This document shows, in pieces, positions 29,168 through 37,273 of a stretch of DNA of 51,591 nt. Under the pieces are notes generated by a model, which had not been told where the DNA came from, did not search any database, and worked only from the letters and a program-made list of their open reading frames with translations. The stretch is from positions 1 to 51,591 of the IMG/VR virus record IMGVR_UViG_3300031951_000234; one strand, given 5' to 3'. The first letter of the stretch is position 1, and each line of letters opens with the position of its first letter. A program made the translations under genes and the position numbers. Source of the stretch: a virus (Duplodnaviria > Caudoviricetes).

Positions 29168-29424
29168 CGCTAGAAGAGATCCTCGAAGACATAGCAGATG
29201 CTGACTTGCAAGGACGCGCCGAAGCATTCGCGGACATCCTGACGGCAATGGCTGCCAGGATTCCAGACAGGAAGCCTGACAGTCCAGACAACTATTCCCA
29301 AGAATATTACGGCAGAATTGCATTTGAGGCCGGTCAGGCAAGTGATGAGGCATGGGAGTGGCTGCGAAGTGAATTACGTCTCCTTGCTACGAAAATCCGA
29401 TCGTCTGCGGAGTTGTACATATGA
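29164..29424 (+). CDS. Hypothetical protein
   Basis: ATG coupled to helicase stop; lower-GC codon usage. Confidence 0.55.
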   Translation: MTLEEILEDIADADLQGRAEAFADILTAMAARIPDRKPDSPDNYSQEYYGRIAFEAGQASDEAWEWLRSELRLLATKIRSSAELYI

Positions 29425-29918
29425 GCACGCTTTTCGACGTTTCGCCCGACGAACCGACGCGCAACCGCCGGCCGAAGAAGCCGAAGGCCGAGCCAGCGGC
29501 GGTCGTGGCAGCGGCCTCGCCTTCAACGGCGACCGTCGTTCCGGCGGCCGCCCCTGCCCTCGGACGGCTCGACGAGGGCGTCGAGTGCATTGACCAGAAC
29601 TGTCAAGGCACGGCCCACGACATCATCGAGGAGGGGCAGCACGACCTGTCCGGCCTGGGAGCGATGGAGCCGGCATGGCTGGTGGAGTGCTGCTTCTGCG
29701 GCTGCGCGCGCTGGACGCGGCCCATCAAGGGGCATCTGAAACCTGTAGAAAAAGCCTTCTTATTTAGGGATGGCCGGTTCGCCGGCATGACGCCAGCCCA
29801 GGCAGCCCTCCAGCCGCGTGGCCTCGACTACCTCCGCTGGGCCGCCCAGAGCCACCCACGGCCGACCGTCCGCGAGGCGTGCGGAAAACATCTTGACCGC
29901 ATGTCCGGCGGCCTCTAG
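29421..29918 (+). CDS. Zn-ribbon protein with C-terminal F..GRF.G....DYLRW (DUF3820/ExoX-C-like) motif
   Basis: CxxxxC and CCxC motifs; FRDGRFAGMT..LDYLRWA. Confidence 0.55.
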   Translation: MSTLFDVSPDEPTRNRRPKKPKAEPAAVVAAASPSTATVVPAAAPALGRLDEGVECIDQNCQGTAHDIIEEGQHDLSGLGAMEPAWLVECCFCGCARWTRPIKGHLKPVEKAFLFRDGRFAGMTPAQAALQPRGLDYLRWAAQSHPRPTVREACGKHLDRMSGGL

Positions 29919-29921
29919 GCT
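29893..29921 (+). promoter_or_regulatory. Putative sigma70 promoter of csrA
   Basis: TTGACC-17-TAGGCT. Confidence 0.55.
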
Positions 29922-29950
29922 ACGCACCACGACAACGGAAGGAGCCGTAT

Positions 29951-30121
29951 ATGCTCGTCATCTCACGCCGCCGCGGCGAACGGATTCGCATCGGCGAAGA
30001 CATCGACATCATGGTCACGCGGATCGTGGACGGTCAGGTGCGCCTTGCCATCAAGGCACCGGACAACGTCAAGATCGTCCGCGACGAACTGGTAGCGAGG
30101 CCGATGGAGGCGCAGAAGTGA
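29951..30121 (+). CDS. csrA: Carbon storage regulator CsrA/RsmA homolog (56 aa, not in ORF track)
   Basis: MLVISRRRGERIRIGEDIDIMVTRIVDGQVRLAIKAPDNVKIVRDEL; RBS AAGGAG. Confidence 0.92.
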   Translation: MLVISRRRGERIRIGEDIDIMVTRIVDGQVRLAIKAPDNVKIVRDELVARPMEAQK

Positions 30122-30219
30122 CCTCCTCTATTCACATCTGGCTCAACGTCGCCTTCCTGCTCTCGCTCGTCGGCGCGGCGACGTATGCGACGTTCCTCCC
30201 GTACATCTTGGATGACTGA
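30118..30219 (+). CDS. Small membrane peptide
   Basis: GTG overlapping csrA stop; one hydrophobic helix. Confidence 0.45.
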   Translation: MTSSIHIWLNVAFLLSLVGAATYATFLPYILDD

Positions 30220-30521
30220 TGGCGAACCTCATTGACCTCTACGGTGCCGAGCGGGCGGTGTTCCTGTCGGCCTGGGTTGCGCTGGCGATTGCCGACCGCG
30301 TTCAGCAGGGTCTGGTCGAGGGCATCGCCTTCGACGACACGACGATGTTCCTGAAACTGGTCGCCGACGGCCTTGAGGCGGGCCAGGAATTGCCGACAGA
30401 CGAAGAGTTTCGGACGGCTGTCTCTGCCGTCGTCGTCTCGTACCCGTCGATCACCGCCACGTCGAGAGGCAAGGCATTCGCCGCGTTCAAGCAAATGCAG
30501 GAAGGTGCTGGGCGGGGATGA
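30219..30521 (+). CDS. Hypothetical protein
   Basis: Coupled ORF with coding-like codon usage. Confidence 0.55.
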   Translation: MANLIDLYGAERAVFLSAWVALAIADRVQQGLVEGIAFDDTTMFLKLVADGLEAGQELPTDEEFRTAVSAVVVSYPSITATSRGKAFAAFKQMQEGAGRG

Positions 30522-30775
30522 GCATCAAGGACGACCTCGCCGTAGCCAACCCCGACGCCCTCCTGGCAGACGGCCTTGAGGACGCCCTCGTCGGCTACAC
30601 GATCAACACGCACATGCCGCACGTCGCTGTCTACGACGCTGCGAAGTGCGTCGAGGTGCTGATGAAGCGCGACGGTATGACGCACGAAGAGGCCCAGGAG
30701 TATCTGGAGTTCAACACCTACTGCTGCTACGTCGGCCCGAACGGGCCGATCTACATCAACACGTCGGCTGGTTAG
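30518..30775 (+). CDS. Conserved phage hypothetical protein
   Basis: ADGLEDALVG..AVYD..KC...L...GMT.EEA.EYLEFN...YVG...P family pattern. Confidence 0.7.
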   Translation: MSIKDDLAVANPDALLADGLEDALVGYTINTHMPHVAVYDAAKCVEVLMKRDGMTHEEAQEYLEFNTYCCYVGPNGPIYINTSAG

Positions 30776-30833
30776 TTGGCCGGCGGCGCGTTGCCGTCCG
30801 GCAAAGTGGTTTCCATTGTCGAAGGAGTGAGAC

Positions 30834-31763
30834 ATGAATCGCGCAGTGCTTGCGAAAGGATCGTCTGCCGAGCGTTGGGAAGCGGAGAGCGACATCGAGA
30901 GCCTGGCCGCCGAGGGCCACGCCGCCACGTCGCGCATGTACCAGAAGGTTCGCGCCTACATCGTCCACGTCACGCCGGTGCTGGCAGAACTGATGCTGGA
31001 GCAGAACGTCAGAAACAGGCGTGTGTCCGAACGTCATATCACGGTCTTGTCGCAGATCATGGCATCGCGTGACATGAGGCTCAACGGCGAGACGATCATC
31101 TTCTCGTCGGACGGCCGGCTCCTCGACGGGCAGCACAGGCTGCTGGCGTGCGTGAAGTCCGGGGTCGCCTTCGACACGATGGTCGTGTTCGGCATCGATT
31201 CCGACGCCTTCGACACGATCGACACCGGCTCGACGCGCAGCACCGGCGACATCCTTGGGATCAATGGGATCGCGAGTGCGAACAAAGTGGCGAGCGCGGT
31301 TCAGGCTCTGCTTGCATTCGTTGACAACGGCGGGTTCCTGACCGGGTCGTGTGCGACCAACCATGTGCGGAAGGCAACGCCCGTGCTGGTGACCCGCGTG
31401 CTCGAAGCCCACCCAGGCATCTTCGACAGCATCAGCGCGATGGGCGGCCAGCGGCTCATGCGGGGGCAGCACGGCTACGCTCTGCACTACGTCTTCAGTC
31501 TGGTGGACAAGTCGCTGGCGTCTGATTTCTCCGACATCCTGGCGAACGGCTCCAGGGACATGGGCAGGCCGTTCTGCCGCCTGCGCGAGTCGCTGATCAC
31601 CTCGCCGCTCACAAACGAGACTCGCAGCGCGTACTCGGCCAAGGCGGTCTTGGCGTTCAACGCCGAGCGGGCCGGCGCGAGGCCGAAGATCCTGCGCGTC
31701 GGCGCGGATTGGCCGCGGGTTGACGGCCTCGACTTCGATGCCCTTGAGCGGTCGATGAAGTAG
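30834..31763 (+). CDS. ParB-N-like domain protein
   Basis: N.RNR, NGETI, G.LLDGQHRL.A, DTIDTG..RS. Confidence 0.7.
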   Translation: MNRAVLAKGSSAERWEAESDIESLAAEGHAATSRMYQKVRAYIVHVTPVLAELMLEQNVRNRRVSERHITVLSQIMASRDMRLNGETIIFSSDGRLLDGQHRLLACVKSGVAFDTMVVFGIDSDAFDTIDTGSTRSTGDILGINGIASANKVASAVQALLAFVDNGGFLTGSCATNHVRKATPVLVTRVLEAHPGIFDSISAMGGQRLMRGQHGYALHYVFSLVDKSLASDFSDILANGSRDMGRPFCRLRESLITSPLTNETRSAYSAKAVLAFNAERAGARPKILRVGADWPRVDGLDFDALERSMK

Positions 31764-31768
31764 AAACA

Positions 31769-31854
31769 CGCCCGATAGTTTGGAGCCGGCGGCAGCCACC
31801 GGACACGGAAAAACGCACCTCTAGGTGAAACCCCGTTCGACTCGGGTAGGGCGG
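31769..31854 (+). ncRNA. tRNA-like RNA with expanded D-loop and truncated anticodon arm
   Basis: Acceptor CGCCCGA/TAGGGCG, T8A9, D stem GTTT/AAAC, hairpin CACC-TCTA-GGTG, T arm CCCG-TTCGACT-CGGG. Confidence 0.5.
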
Positions 31855-31862
31855 CTTGAGCG

Positions 31863-32114
31863 ATGAAAACGTATCTTCAAGAACTGCGCGGTCAGGTTCG
31901 CGGCAACGCGAGGCTGCGGCGGCGGCTCGACCGCCTGAAGGCCAGGGTGCAGTGGCTTGAGGAGTGGATCGGGGCGATGGTCATCCACGCCGACAAACTG
32001 GGCTACGGCGACGACCAGATAGTGAAGAATGCGGCCAGGGAGATCGGATGGAGCCGCCTGCCGCCGGAAGATGTCGAGCGGATCAAGGCCGTCATCAGAG
32101 GGATGATGATGTGA
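31863..32114 (+). CDS. Hypothetical protein
   Basis: Coupled operon ORF. Confidence 0.55.
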   Translation: MKTYLQELRGQVRGNARLRRRLDRLKARVQWLEEWIGAMVIHADKLGYGDDQIVKNAAREIGWSRLPPEDVERIKAVIRGMMM

Positions 32115-32335
32115 TGACAGAAACCAACATCCTCATGCGCCTGGTAGCCATGCAGCAGACCCTGCGTAGCGTCGTCGAGTCGTGCAAGGCCACGGCGGCC
32201 GTCTGTGACGCCGATGGGGCCAAGGGGCTGGCGATGGCGACCCTCATGGTCGGAGAGTCGATCGCGACGTTCGCGAAGGCGCTGAACGATTACGTCCTCA
32301 AGGAGTACGAAGATGAAAGTGACGATGCGGTTTGA
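32114..32335 (+). CDS. Hypothetical protein
   Basis: ATG at 32114 coupled to previous stop. Confidence 0.55.
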   Translation: MTETNILMRLVAMQQTLRSVVESCKATAAVCDADGAKGLAMATLMVGESIATFAKALNDYVLKEYEDESDDAV

Positions 32336-32531
32336 TCTGCCCGAGGAGGACGACGAGCACAAGGCGGCACTCCACGGCCAGGACTACAAAAACGTGCTGG
32401 AGAGCATCGACCACTACCTGCGCGGCCAGATGAAGCACGGGGGGTTAGGTGAGGCAGAGTACGCAGCCTTCGAGGACATCCGCGGGAAACTGCACCACTT
32501 TCTTGATGAATACGGCGTCGATATCTATTGA
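32313..32531 (+). CDS. Conserved phage hypothetical protein
   Basis: MK.T..F.LPEE..E...A..G motif; RBS AAGGAG. Confidence 0.65.
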   Translation: MKVTMRFDLPEEDDEHKAALHGQDYKNVLESIDHYLRGQMKHGGLGEAEYAAFEDIRGKLHHFLDEYGVDIY

Positions 32532-32556
32532 CCGCCAGACTACAGGCCACCACAAT
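32528..32556 (+). promoter_or_regulatory. Putative sigma70 promoter
   Basis: TTGACC-17-CACAAT upstream of AAGGAGG RBS. Confidence 0.5.
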
Positions 32557-32583
32557 ACGCCACCCACCCACAAGGAGGCTCCC

Positions 32584-32877
32584 ATGCGTTCGATTCTGCT
32601 GGCTCTCTCGATCCTGCTCTGCGGCACCGCCGCCCAGGCCCAGACGACGACCGTGACGATCACGACCACTGCCCAGGACGACGCCGACCACATGGCCCGC
32701 ACCGGCGTGTTTGGTCACCGTGGCCGGCAGGGCCGGTGCCGCGAGGGCATCGGCTTCTCGACGGTGTCGGCCGACGACGCCGTCCGTCGCTGCTGCTTCT
32801 ACGGCCAACTGCGGCCCCGCGAGATCGGTGTCGCCAGGGGCCGTCGCGGGTTCTACGCGGTCATTCGCTACTGGTGA
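32584..32877 (+). CDS. Secreted small protein, minimal CAP/SCP-like
   Basis: Signal peptide ending AQA; AQ..A.HMA..G..GH, EGIG, CC, IGVA.G..G.YA. Confidence 0.6.
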   Translation: MRSILLALSILLCGTAAQAQTTTVTITTTAQDDADHMARTGVFGHRGRQGRCREGIGFSTVSADDAVRRCCFYGQLRPREIGVARGRRGFYAVIRYW

Positions 32878-32881
32878 GCAC

Positions 32882-33112
32882 ATGGATCGCGAAGCCGAGA
32901 AGTTCGTGAACGCTGTGTTTCATTTTCTGGCGGCGATCCTGATCGGAGTCGTGTCTCTGCTGGCGGCGTCGTTCATTGTTCAGTTGGCCTGGAACTGGTC
33001 GATGCCGCACCTCTTCGCACTGCCGGATGCGTCGTATCGCAACGCATTCGGCCTGACGCTGTTCGCGTGGGCAGCGCGTCTTGGTTCCGTCAGCACTTCC
33101 AAGGAGGGTTGA
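32882..33112 (+). CDS. Two-TM membrane protein
   Basis: Hydrophobic helices; WNW.MP.LF.LP...Y..AFGL motif. Confidence 0.65.
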   Translation: MDREAEKFVNAVFHFLAAILIGVVSLLAASFIVQLAWNWSMPHLFALPDASYRNAFGLTLFAWAARLGSVSTSKEG

Positions 33113-33113
33113 T

Positions 33114-33455
33114 ATGGCTCGCATGAGTTTTGACGTGGCCGAACTGCACAGGCTGTGGTACAGCAGCATGACCAACGCGGAGTTGTGCTACACGCTTGGC
33201 GTGTCGCGAGGCAGCCTTGATGTTCTCCGGGTTCGCTACAAGTTGGATCGTCGGCCGTTCGAGAGGAACAACAAGAAGGCCGAGCCGGAGTCGCCTACGA
33301 TCGAGGAGATCGAGGCCCGCGCCGCCGAGGTCAGGGCCAGGTGGTCGGACGAGGAGCATCTTCGTCGCCTCTGCTGCGCCGGCCGCCGCGAGTGGTCGCT
33401 GCCGGCCTACGCCTTCCATCGTCGCGATCACGCCTTCTCGGAGGCCAGTCACTAG
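33114..33455 (+). CDS. HTH-like protein with PT.EEI..RAAEVRA.WS.EE motif
   Basis: Paralogous motif in 40384-40689. Confidence 0.6.
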   Translation: MARMSFDVAELHRLWYSSMTNAELCYTLGVSRGSLDVLRVRYKLDRRPFERNNKKAEPESPTIEEIEARAAEVRARWSDEEHLRRLCCAGRREWSLPAYAFHRRDHAFSEASH

Positions 33456-33457
33456 CC

Positions 33458-33745
33458 GTGCGCCGTCCCTCGGAGCGATCAATCGTCGCCAAGGGAATGG
33501 CAGAGGCGCGAAGACTGGGCTTCTTCGTCATCAAGATCCACGGCAATCAGTACCAGATGGCTGGGATACCGGACGTGCTGTGCATCAGGGACGGCCGCGC
33601 CCACTGGATTGAGTTCAAGCGTCCTGGCGAGGAACCGACGAGGCTTCAGGTGCATCGGATGCGGCAACTTGAGGGCGTCGGGTGCAGGACGACCGTCGCC
33701 TGCTCTGTGAGCGACGTGCGAACCTTCCTTGAGGGCGTGGCATGA
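33458..33745 (+). CDS. VRR-NUC domain nuclease
   Basis: E..I, GIPD, IEFKRPG....LQ motifs. Confidence 0.85.
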   Translation: MRRPSERSIVAKGMAEARRLGFFVIKIHGNQYQMAGIPDVLCIRDGRAHWIEFKRPGEEPTRLQVHRMRQLEGVGCRTTVACSVSDVRTFLEGVA

Positions 33746-34854
33746 TCCGCTGCGGCGAGCCACAGATCGGCGAGGCCGAGATCGCAGCCGTCACCGACGT
33801 GCTGCGGGCGGGGAACCTCACCCGCGGCGAGGAGTGCGAGCGGTTCGAGCGGGCGCTGGCCGAGCAGTTGAACGTCCGCGGCGTGCTGGCCGTCTCAAGC
33901 GGCACGGCGGCCCTGCACCTGGCCCTGCTGGCCGTCGGCGTCCAGCCCGGCGACGAGGTGATCATCCCGGCGACGACGTTCGTCGCCACGGCGAACGCGG
34001 TGCTCTACTGCCGCGCGAAGCCGGTGGTCGTGGACGTTGACAGCACGACGTGGACGATCGACGTGGGCCAGGCCATTCGGGCGATCACGAAGAAGACCAG
34101 GGCGATCGTCCCGGTGCATCTCTACGGCGTTCCGGCCGACGTGGGCGGCCTGCTGCTCGTCTGCGACGACCACTACGCCCGCACGGGCCGCCGGATTGCC
34201 ATCGTCGAGGATGCCGCCGAGGCGATTGGTGCGATGCACATGGGCCGAGAGGTCGGCGCCATCGGCGATGCGGCGGCCCTCTCGTTCTACGGCTCGAAGA
34301 CGATCACGACCGGAGAGGGCGGCGCTGTCATCTGGCACGACGGCCGCGTCGGTCTGCGGGCCTGGCATCTCCACGGCCAGGCGCAGTCCGCGACGAAGCG
34401 CTACTGGCACGAAGCGCTTGGATACAACTACCGCATGACGGAGATGCAGGCGGCCCTCGGCCGCGTGCAGTTGGAACGGCTCGAAGTGTTCCTCGAACAC
34501 CGCCGCCAGGTGTTCGCCTGGTACGACGAGATGCTTCCGCAGACGTTCAAGCGACAGGGCGTCGTCGAGAGCGACCGGCACGGCTGCTGGGCCTACGCCG
34601 TGGTCAAGGAGTACAGCGGCGAGATGAACGCGCAGAAGACGGCACTCGCGCTGCTGGAGGCCGGCATCGAGACGCGGCCGATCTTCTACCCGCTGTCGCG
34701 GTTCCCGCACTTGGCCGGAACCAGCAGCCGCGACCACTACGTCGCGCACAGACTGAACAAGCATGGCCTGGTGCTGCCAACGCACTGCGGCCTGACCCGA
34801 GAGGACGTTGAGAAGGTATGCCAAGAGTTAAGAAAAGCCGCGTGCTGTTCGTAG
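33742..34854 (+). CDS. DegT/DnrJ/EryC1/StrS PLP sugar aminotransferase (perosamine synthase-like)
   Basis: SSGTAALHLAL, PVHLYG, EDAAEA, SFYGSKTITTGEGG, GYNYRM. Confidence 0.93.
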   Translation: MIRCGEPQIGEAEIAAVTDVLRAGNLTRGEECERFERALAEQLNVRGVLAVSSGTAALHLALLAVGVQPGDEVIIPATTFVATANAVLYCRAKPVVVDVDSTTWTIDVGQAIRAITKKTRAIVPVHLYGVPADVGGLLLVCDDHYARTGRRIAIVEDAAEAIGAMHMGREVGAIGDAAALSFYGSKTITTGEGGAVIWHDGRVGLRAWHLHGQAQSATKRYWHEALGYNYRMTEMQAALGRVQLERLEVFLEHRRQVFAWYDEMLPQTFKRQGVVESDRHGCWAYAVVKEYSGEMNAQKTALALLEAGIETRPIFYPLSRFPHLAGTSSRDHYVAHRLNKHGLVLPTHCGLTREDVEKVCQELRKAACCS

Positions 34855-35690
34855 GCGGCGGCCGCCGCGTCGGGCTGGCGAGGCTGTTCATCGAGCGCGG
34901 CGCGGCGGTGTACGCCTACGAGTCGAGCATCGACCAGCCCATAGCCGACGTGGCGAAGGAGGTGCTCGTCGGGCTGGACTTCGATGACCCCCAATGTGGG
35001 GAAGATATTTCTGCGTTCGTGGAACGCAGAAATATCACCCACATCGTCCCGCTAATGGACGAGGCGACGGTGGTCTGCGGCGGCCTTCCTGGGTGCATCG
35101 GCCCGCCGGCCGACGTGGCGATGCTCTGCCACGACAAACTTCACTACGCCAATTGGATGAAGGAGCATCATCCAGACCTGTATCCGACGCCGTCGATGCT
35201 CCGGTATCCGAAGTTTGCGAAGCCCCGGTTCGGCCGCAGCGCGCGGGGGACGAAGATCCTGAACCGTCCAGAGACGATCGAGATGAGTTCGGCCTGGGTG
35301 ATACAGGACTACCTCGAAGGCGACGAGGTGTCGGTGGACGTGTTCCTCCGCGGCGGCGAGTGCCTGGGCGGCGTGGCCCGCAGCCGCGACCGCGTCGAGG
35401 GCGGGGAGGTGGTTGAATCCAGGGTACTCCCTGCCGAGCAGGGAGTACCGTTGATCCTCGACGCCGCCGCCGTCGCCACCGACCTTGGCATCGTCGGCCC
35501 GGCCAACGTGCAGTTCAGGGGCGGGAAGATCATGGAGGTCAACTGCCGCTTCGGAGGCGGGTGCGTGCTCTCCGTCGCCGCCGGCTTCGACATGGTCGCG
35601 CTGGCCTTGGGCCAGAAGACCAACGGGCCGCCGTGGACGGTGACGCACGGCATGACGATGCGTCGGTATCACGCGGAGAGTTTTCGATGA
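34818..35690 (+). CDS. ATP-grasp protein (CPS-like, polysaccharide-cluster type)
   Basis: GGGRRV, CHDK, KPRFG.SARG, IQDYLEG.EVSVD, EVNCRFGGG. Confidence 0.85.
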   Translation: MPRVKKSRVLFVGGGRRVGLARLFIERGAAVYAYESSIDQPIADVAKEVLVGLDFDDPQCGEDISAFVERRNITHIVPLMDEATVVCGGLPGCIGPPADVAMLCHDKLHYANWMKEHHPDLYPTPSMLRYPKFAKPRFGRSARGTKILNRPETIEMSSAWVIQDYLEGDEVSVDVFLRGGECLGGVARSRDRVEGGEVVESRVLPAEQGVPLILDAAAVATDLGIVGPANVQFRGGKIMEVNCRFGGGCVLSVAAGFDMVALALGQKTNGPPWTVTHGMTMRRYHAESFR

Positions 35691-35947
35691 GCGACGACAT
35701 CGTCAACAGGCTGCGTGACCGGGCCTACAGCGGCAAAGTTCCAGACAGCCTGTCCGATGAGGCGGCGGCCGAGATCGAGCGGCTGCGGTCGCTGACGCGG
35801 TTTCAGGATGGCGTCATTCGCAGCGGCGACGTGGCGTGCCTGACACAAGCGGAGCGTGAGGCGTTGGAGGTGGCGTCAGTATGGGTGAACCCAGAGAGGC
35901 ACGCCACCCTGCGCGGCCTGCTGGAGCGGCTGGGAGGCCACCAATGA
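35687..35947 (+). CDS. Hypothetical protein, LT.AEREA...ATLRGLLERL family
   Basis: MSDDIVNRLR..EAAAEIERLR; shared C-terminus with next gene. Confidence 0.65.
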   Translation: MSDDIVNRLRDRAYSGKVPDSLSDEAAAEIERLRSLTRFQDGVIRSGDVACLTQAEREALEVASVWVNPERHATLRGLLERLGGHQ

Positions 35948-36273
35948 CTGACCGCGACACGTTCGCCGCTGCGGCGCTGACGGGGCTTCTCGTCCACGCC
36001 AATGACAGCATTGACGAGGAGACTTTGGACACCCCAAGCGACATCGCGTACACGGCCTACCAGATGGCCGACGCCATGCTCCGCGAGCGCGACCGCACAA
36101 CTCATACGCCTGTAACGGAACCTATGCTCAAAGAAAAACGGACAGAGGGTTCTGCCGTCCTGACCGACGCGGAGCGGGAGGCGGTGCATCAGGCAGCGAT
36201 CCGGGTGGAAGCGTTGTGCCAGCGCGGATCGAAACACATGGCCGCCACCCTGCGCGGCCTGCTGGAGCGGCTG
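35902..36273 (+). repeat. 31-bp exact direct repeat (35902-35932 and 36243-36273)
   Basis: CGCCACCCTGCGCGGCCTGCTGGAGCGGCTG occurs twice, at the 3' ends of adjacent genes. Confidence 0.9.
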
Positions 36274-36291
36274 TCGCCGCCAGCGACATAA
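35944..36291 (+). CDS. Hypothetical protein, LT.AEREA...ATLRGLLERL family
   Basis: RDTFAAAALTGLL..AY.MADAML.ER; shared C-terminus. Confidence 0.65.
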   Translation: MTDRDTFAAAALTGLLVHANDSIDEETLDTPSDIAYTAYQMADAMLRERDRTTHTPVTEPMLKEKRTEGSAVLTDAEREAVHQAAIRVEALCQRGSKHMAATLRGLLERLSPPAT

Positions 36292-36454
36292 GGGACGAAC
36301 GTGTCGCAAAAACGACGAAGCGACGACAAAACACTACGCCAGCCCGCACCGGCTCCGCGCCCTACGGAGTGTTTTCGGGACGGCTGGCAGCCCCTAGGCG
36401 ACACGCAGCCCGACAACGGCTTGGCGACGATGGGACGGGGGCAGTGGTTTTTAC

Positions 36455-36544
36455 GCATAACACGCGAGATCAACAGCCGCGAACAAAGGAGGCGGCACAC
36501 ATGAACGATACGAATGAGCGGTCTGTTGCATCGGATGGTTCGCT
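36455..36544 (-). mobile_element. Integron attC site 1
   Basis: Minus strand: R'' AGCGAAC-5nt-L'' GATGCAAC-AG[A]CCGC...GCGG-CT-L' GTTGATC-6nt-R' GTTATGC; two extrahelical bases at canonical positions. Confidence 0.88.
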
Positions 36545-36920
36545 GGCGAACGCATTGCGGCCAGCGGTGTGGGCGATTCTTAGCGAAAATGGGCAGTATC
36601 GACTCCCCGAGATTGTTGGCGGAGCGAAGGTGTGCAAGTTTTATGGCAATGACAGATACGTTCCGCTGTACGCCGAAGAGACGTTGAACCCTGTGTTGAG
36701 GATTGCGAATGCGTGCGGGAAGTGGATTCAGGTGAGCGAGCGGCTGCCCGAAGACGGCACATGGTGCTGGGTCGATTGGGACGGCCCAGGCGAGCCGTTC
36801 CCAGCGATGCGATGCAGTAGGTCGGCTGGCGGGTGGACGAACACCGACTGCTGGGAAGACTTCGACAGAGAGGTCACGCGCTGGATGCCGCTCCCTGCAC
36901 CACCAATAGACGCCAAGTAG
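36501..36920 (+). CDS. Cassette gene A: DUF551-like protein
   Basis: WIQVSERLPE ... VTRWMPLPAPP; RBS AAGGAGG and ATG lie inside attC1. Confidence 0.8.
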   Translation: MNDTNERSVASDGSLANALRPAVWAILSENGQYRLPEIVGGAKVCKFYGNDRYVPLYAEETLNPVLRIANACGKWIQVSERLPEDGTWCWVDWDGPGEPFPAMRCSRSAGGWTNTDCWEDFDREVTRWMPLPAPPIDAK

Positions 36921-36922
36921 CC

Positions 36923-37013
36923 AGCGAACGCCCGCGATCACCAGCGGCGAACACAGGAGCATGAACATGACACAGGAATCGAATAAGCCGTCTGGTGCAT
37001 CCGGTGGTTATGA
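36923..37013 (-). mobile_element. Integron attC site 2
   Basis: Minus: TCATAAC-CACCG-GATGCACC-AG[A]CGGC...GCCG-CT-GGTGATC-GCGGGC-GTTCGCT. Confidence 0.88.
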
Positions 37014-37188
37014 GCGCGGTCGGATTTGCCCTGTCCCGCCAGATGACCCCGTTGGCCCGTTTGTCGCAGCAATGATCCTTATCCCGCTCGTTGTCTGCTC
37101 GCTGGTTTTTGCCGCGACGGCATTCGGCAACCTGATGGCCTACGGACAGTTTTGCACGCCGCAGCACGGCGTCGTTGAGAAGCCATAA
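36961..37188 (+). CDS. Cassette gene B: small membrane protein
   Basis: RBS AGGAG and ATG inside attC2; hydrophobic segment; stop TAA inside the attC3 core box. Confidence 0.7.
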   Translation: MNMTQESNKPSGASGGYERGRICPVPPDDPVGPFVAAMILIPLVVCSLVFAATAFGNLMAYGQFCTPQHGVVEKP

Positions 37189-37270
37189 CACGCAGGATCA
37201 GCGGCTCGCGACCGCTGACGAAACTACACCGCAGACGGAATCGCGAGTCCGCTGCATCCGCTGGTTCGCA
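37183..37270 (-). mobile_element. Integron attC site 3
   Basis: Minus: TGCGAAC-CAGCG-GATGCAGC-GG[A]CTCGCGA...TCGCGAG-CC-GCTGATC-CTGCGT-GTTATGG. Confidence 0.88.
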
Positions 37271-37273
37271 CAG

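Noticed and set aside
31816-31827. Amber suppressor / tRNA-Pyl (CTA in loop) and TAG recoding
   Set aside because: Loop is 4 nt rather than 7, and TAG terminates well-defined genes normally (e.g. tape measure at 9321, HNH at 43964)
36301-36504. 67-aa ORF running into attC1
   Set aside because: No recognisable motifs and its 3' end is supplied by the attC; may be a remnant disrupted by cassette insertion, so not called
37175-37273. ORF-track N-terminal extension of cassette gene C through attC3
   Set aside because: TTG start lies in the previous cassette with no RBS; the protein-like sequence begins at ATG 37274
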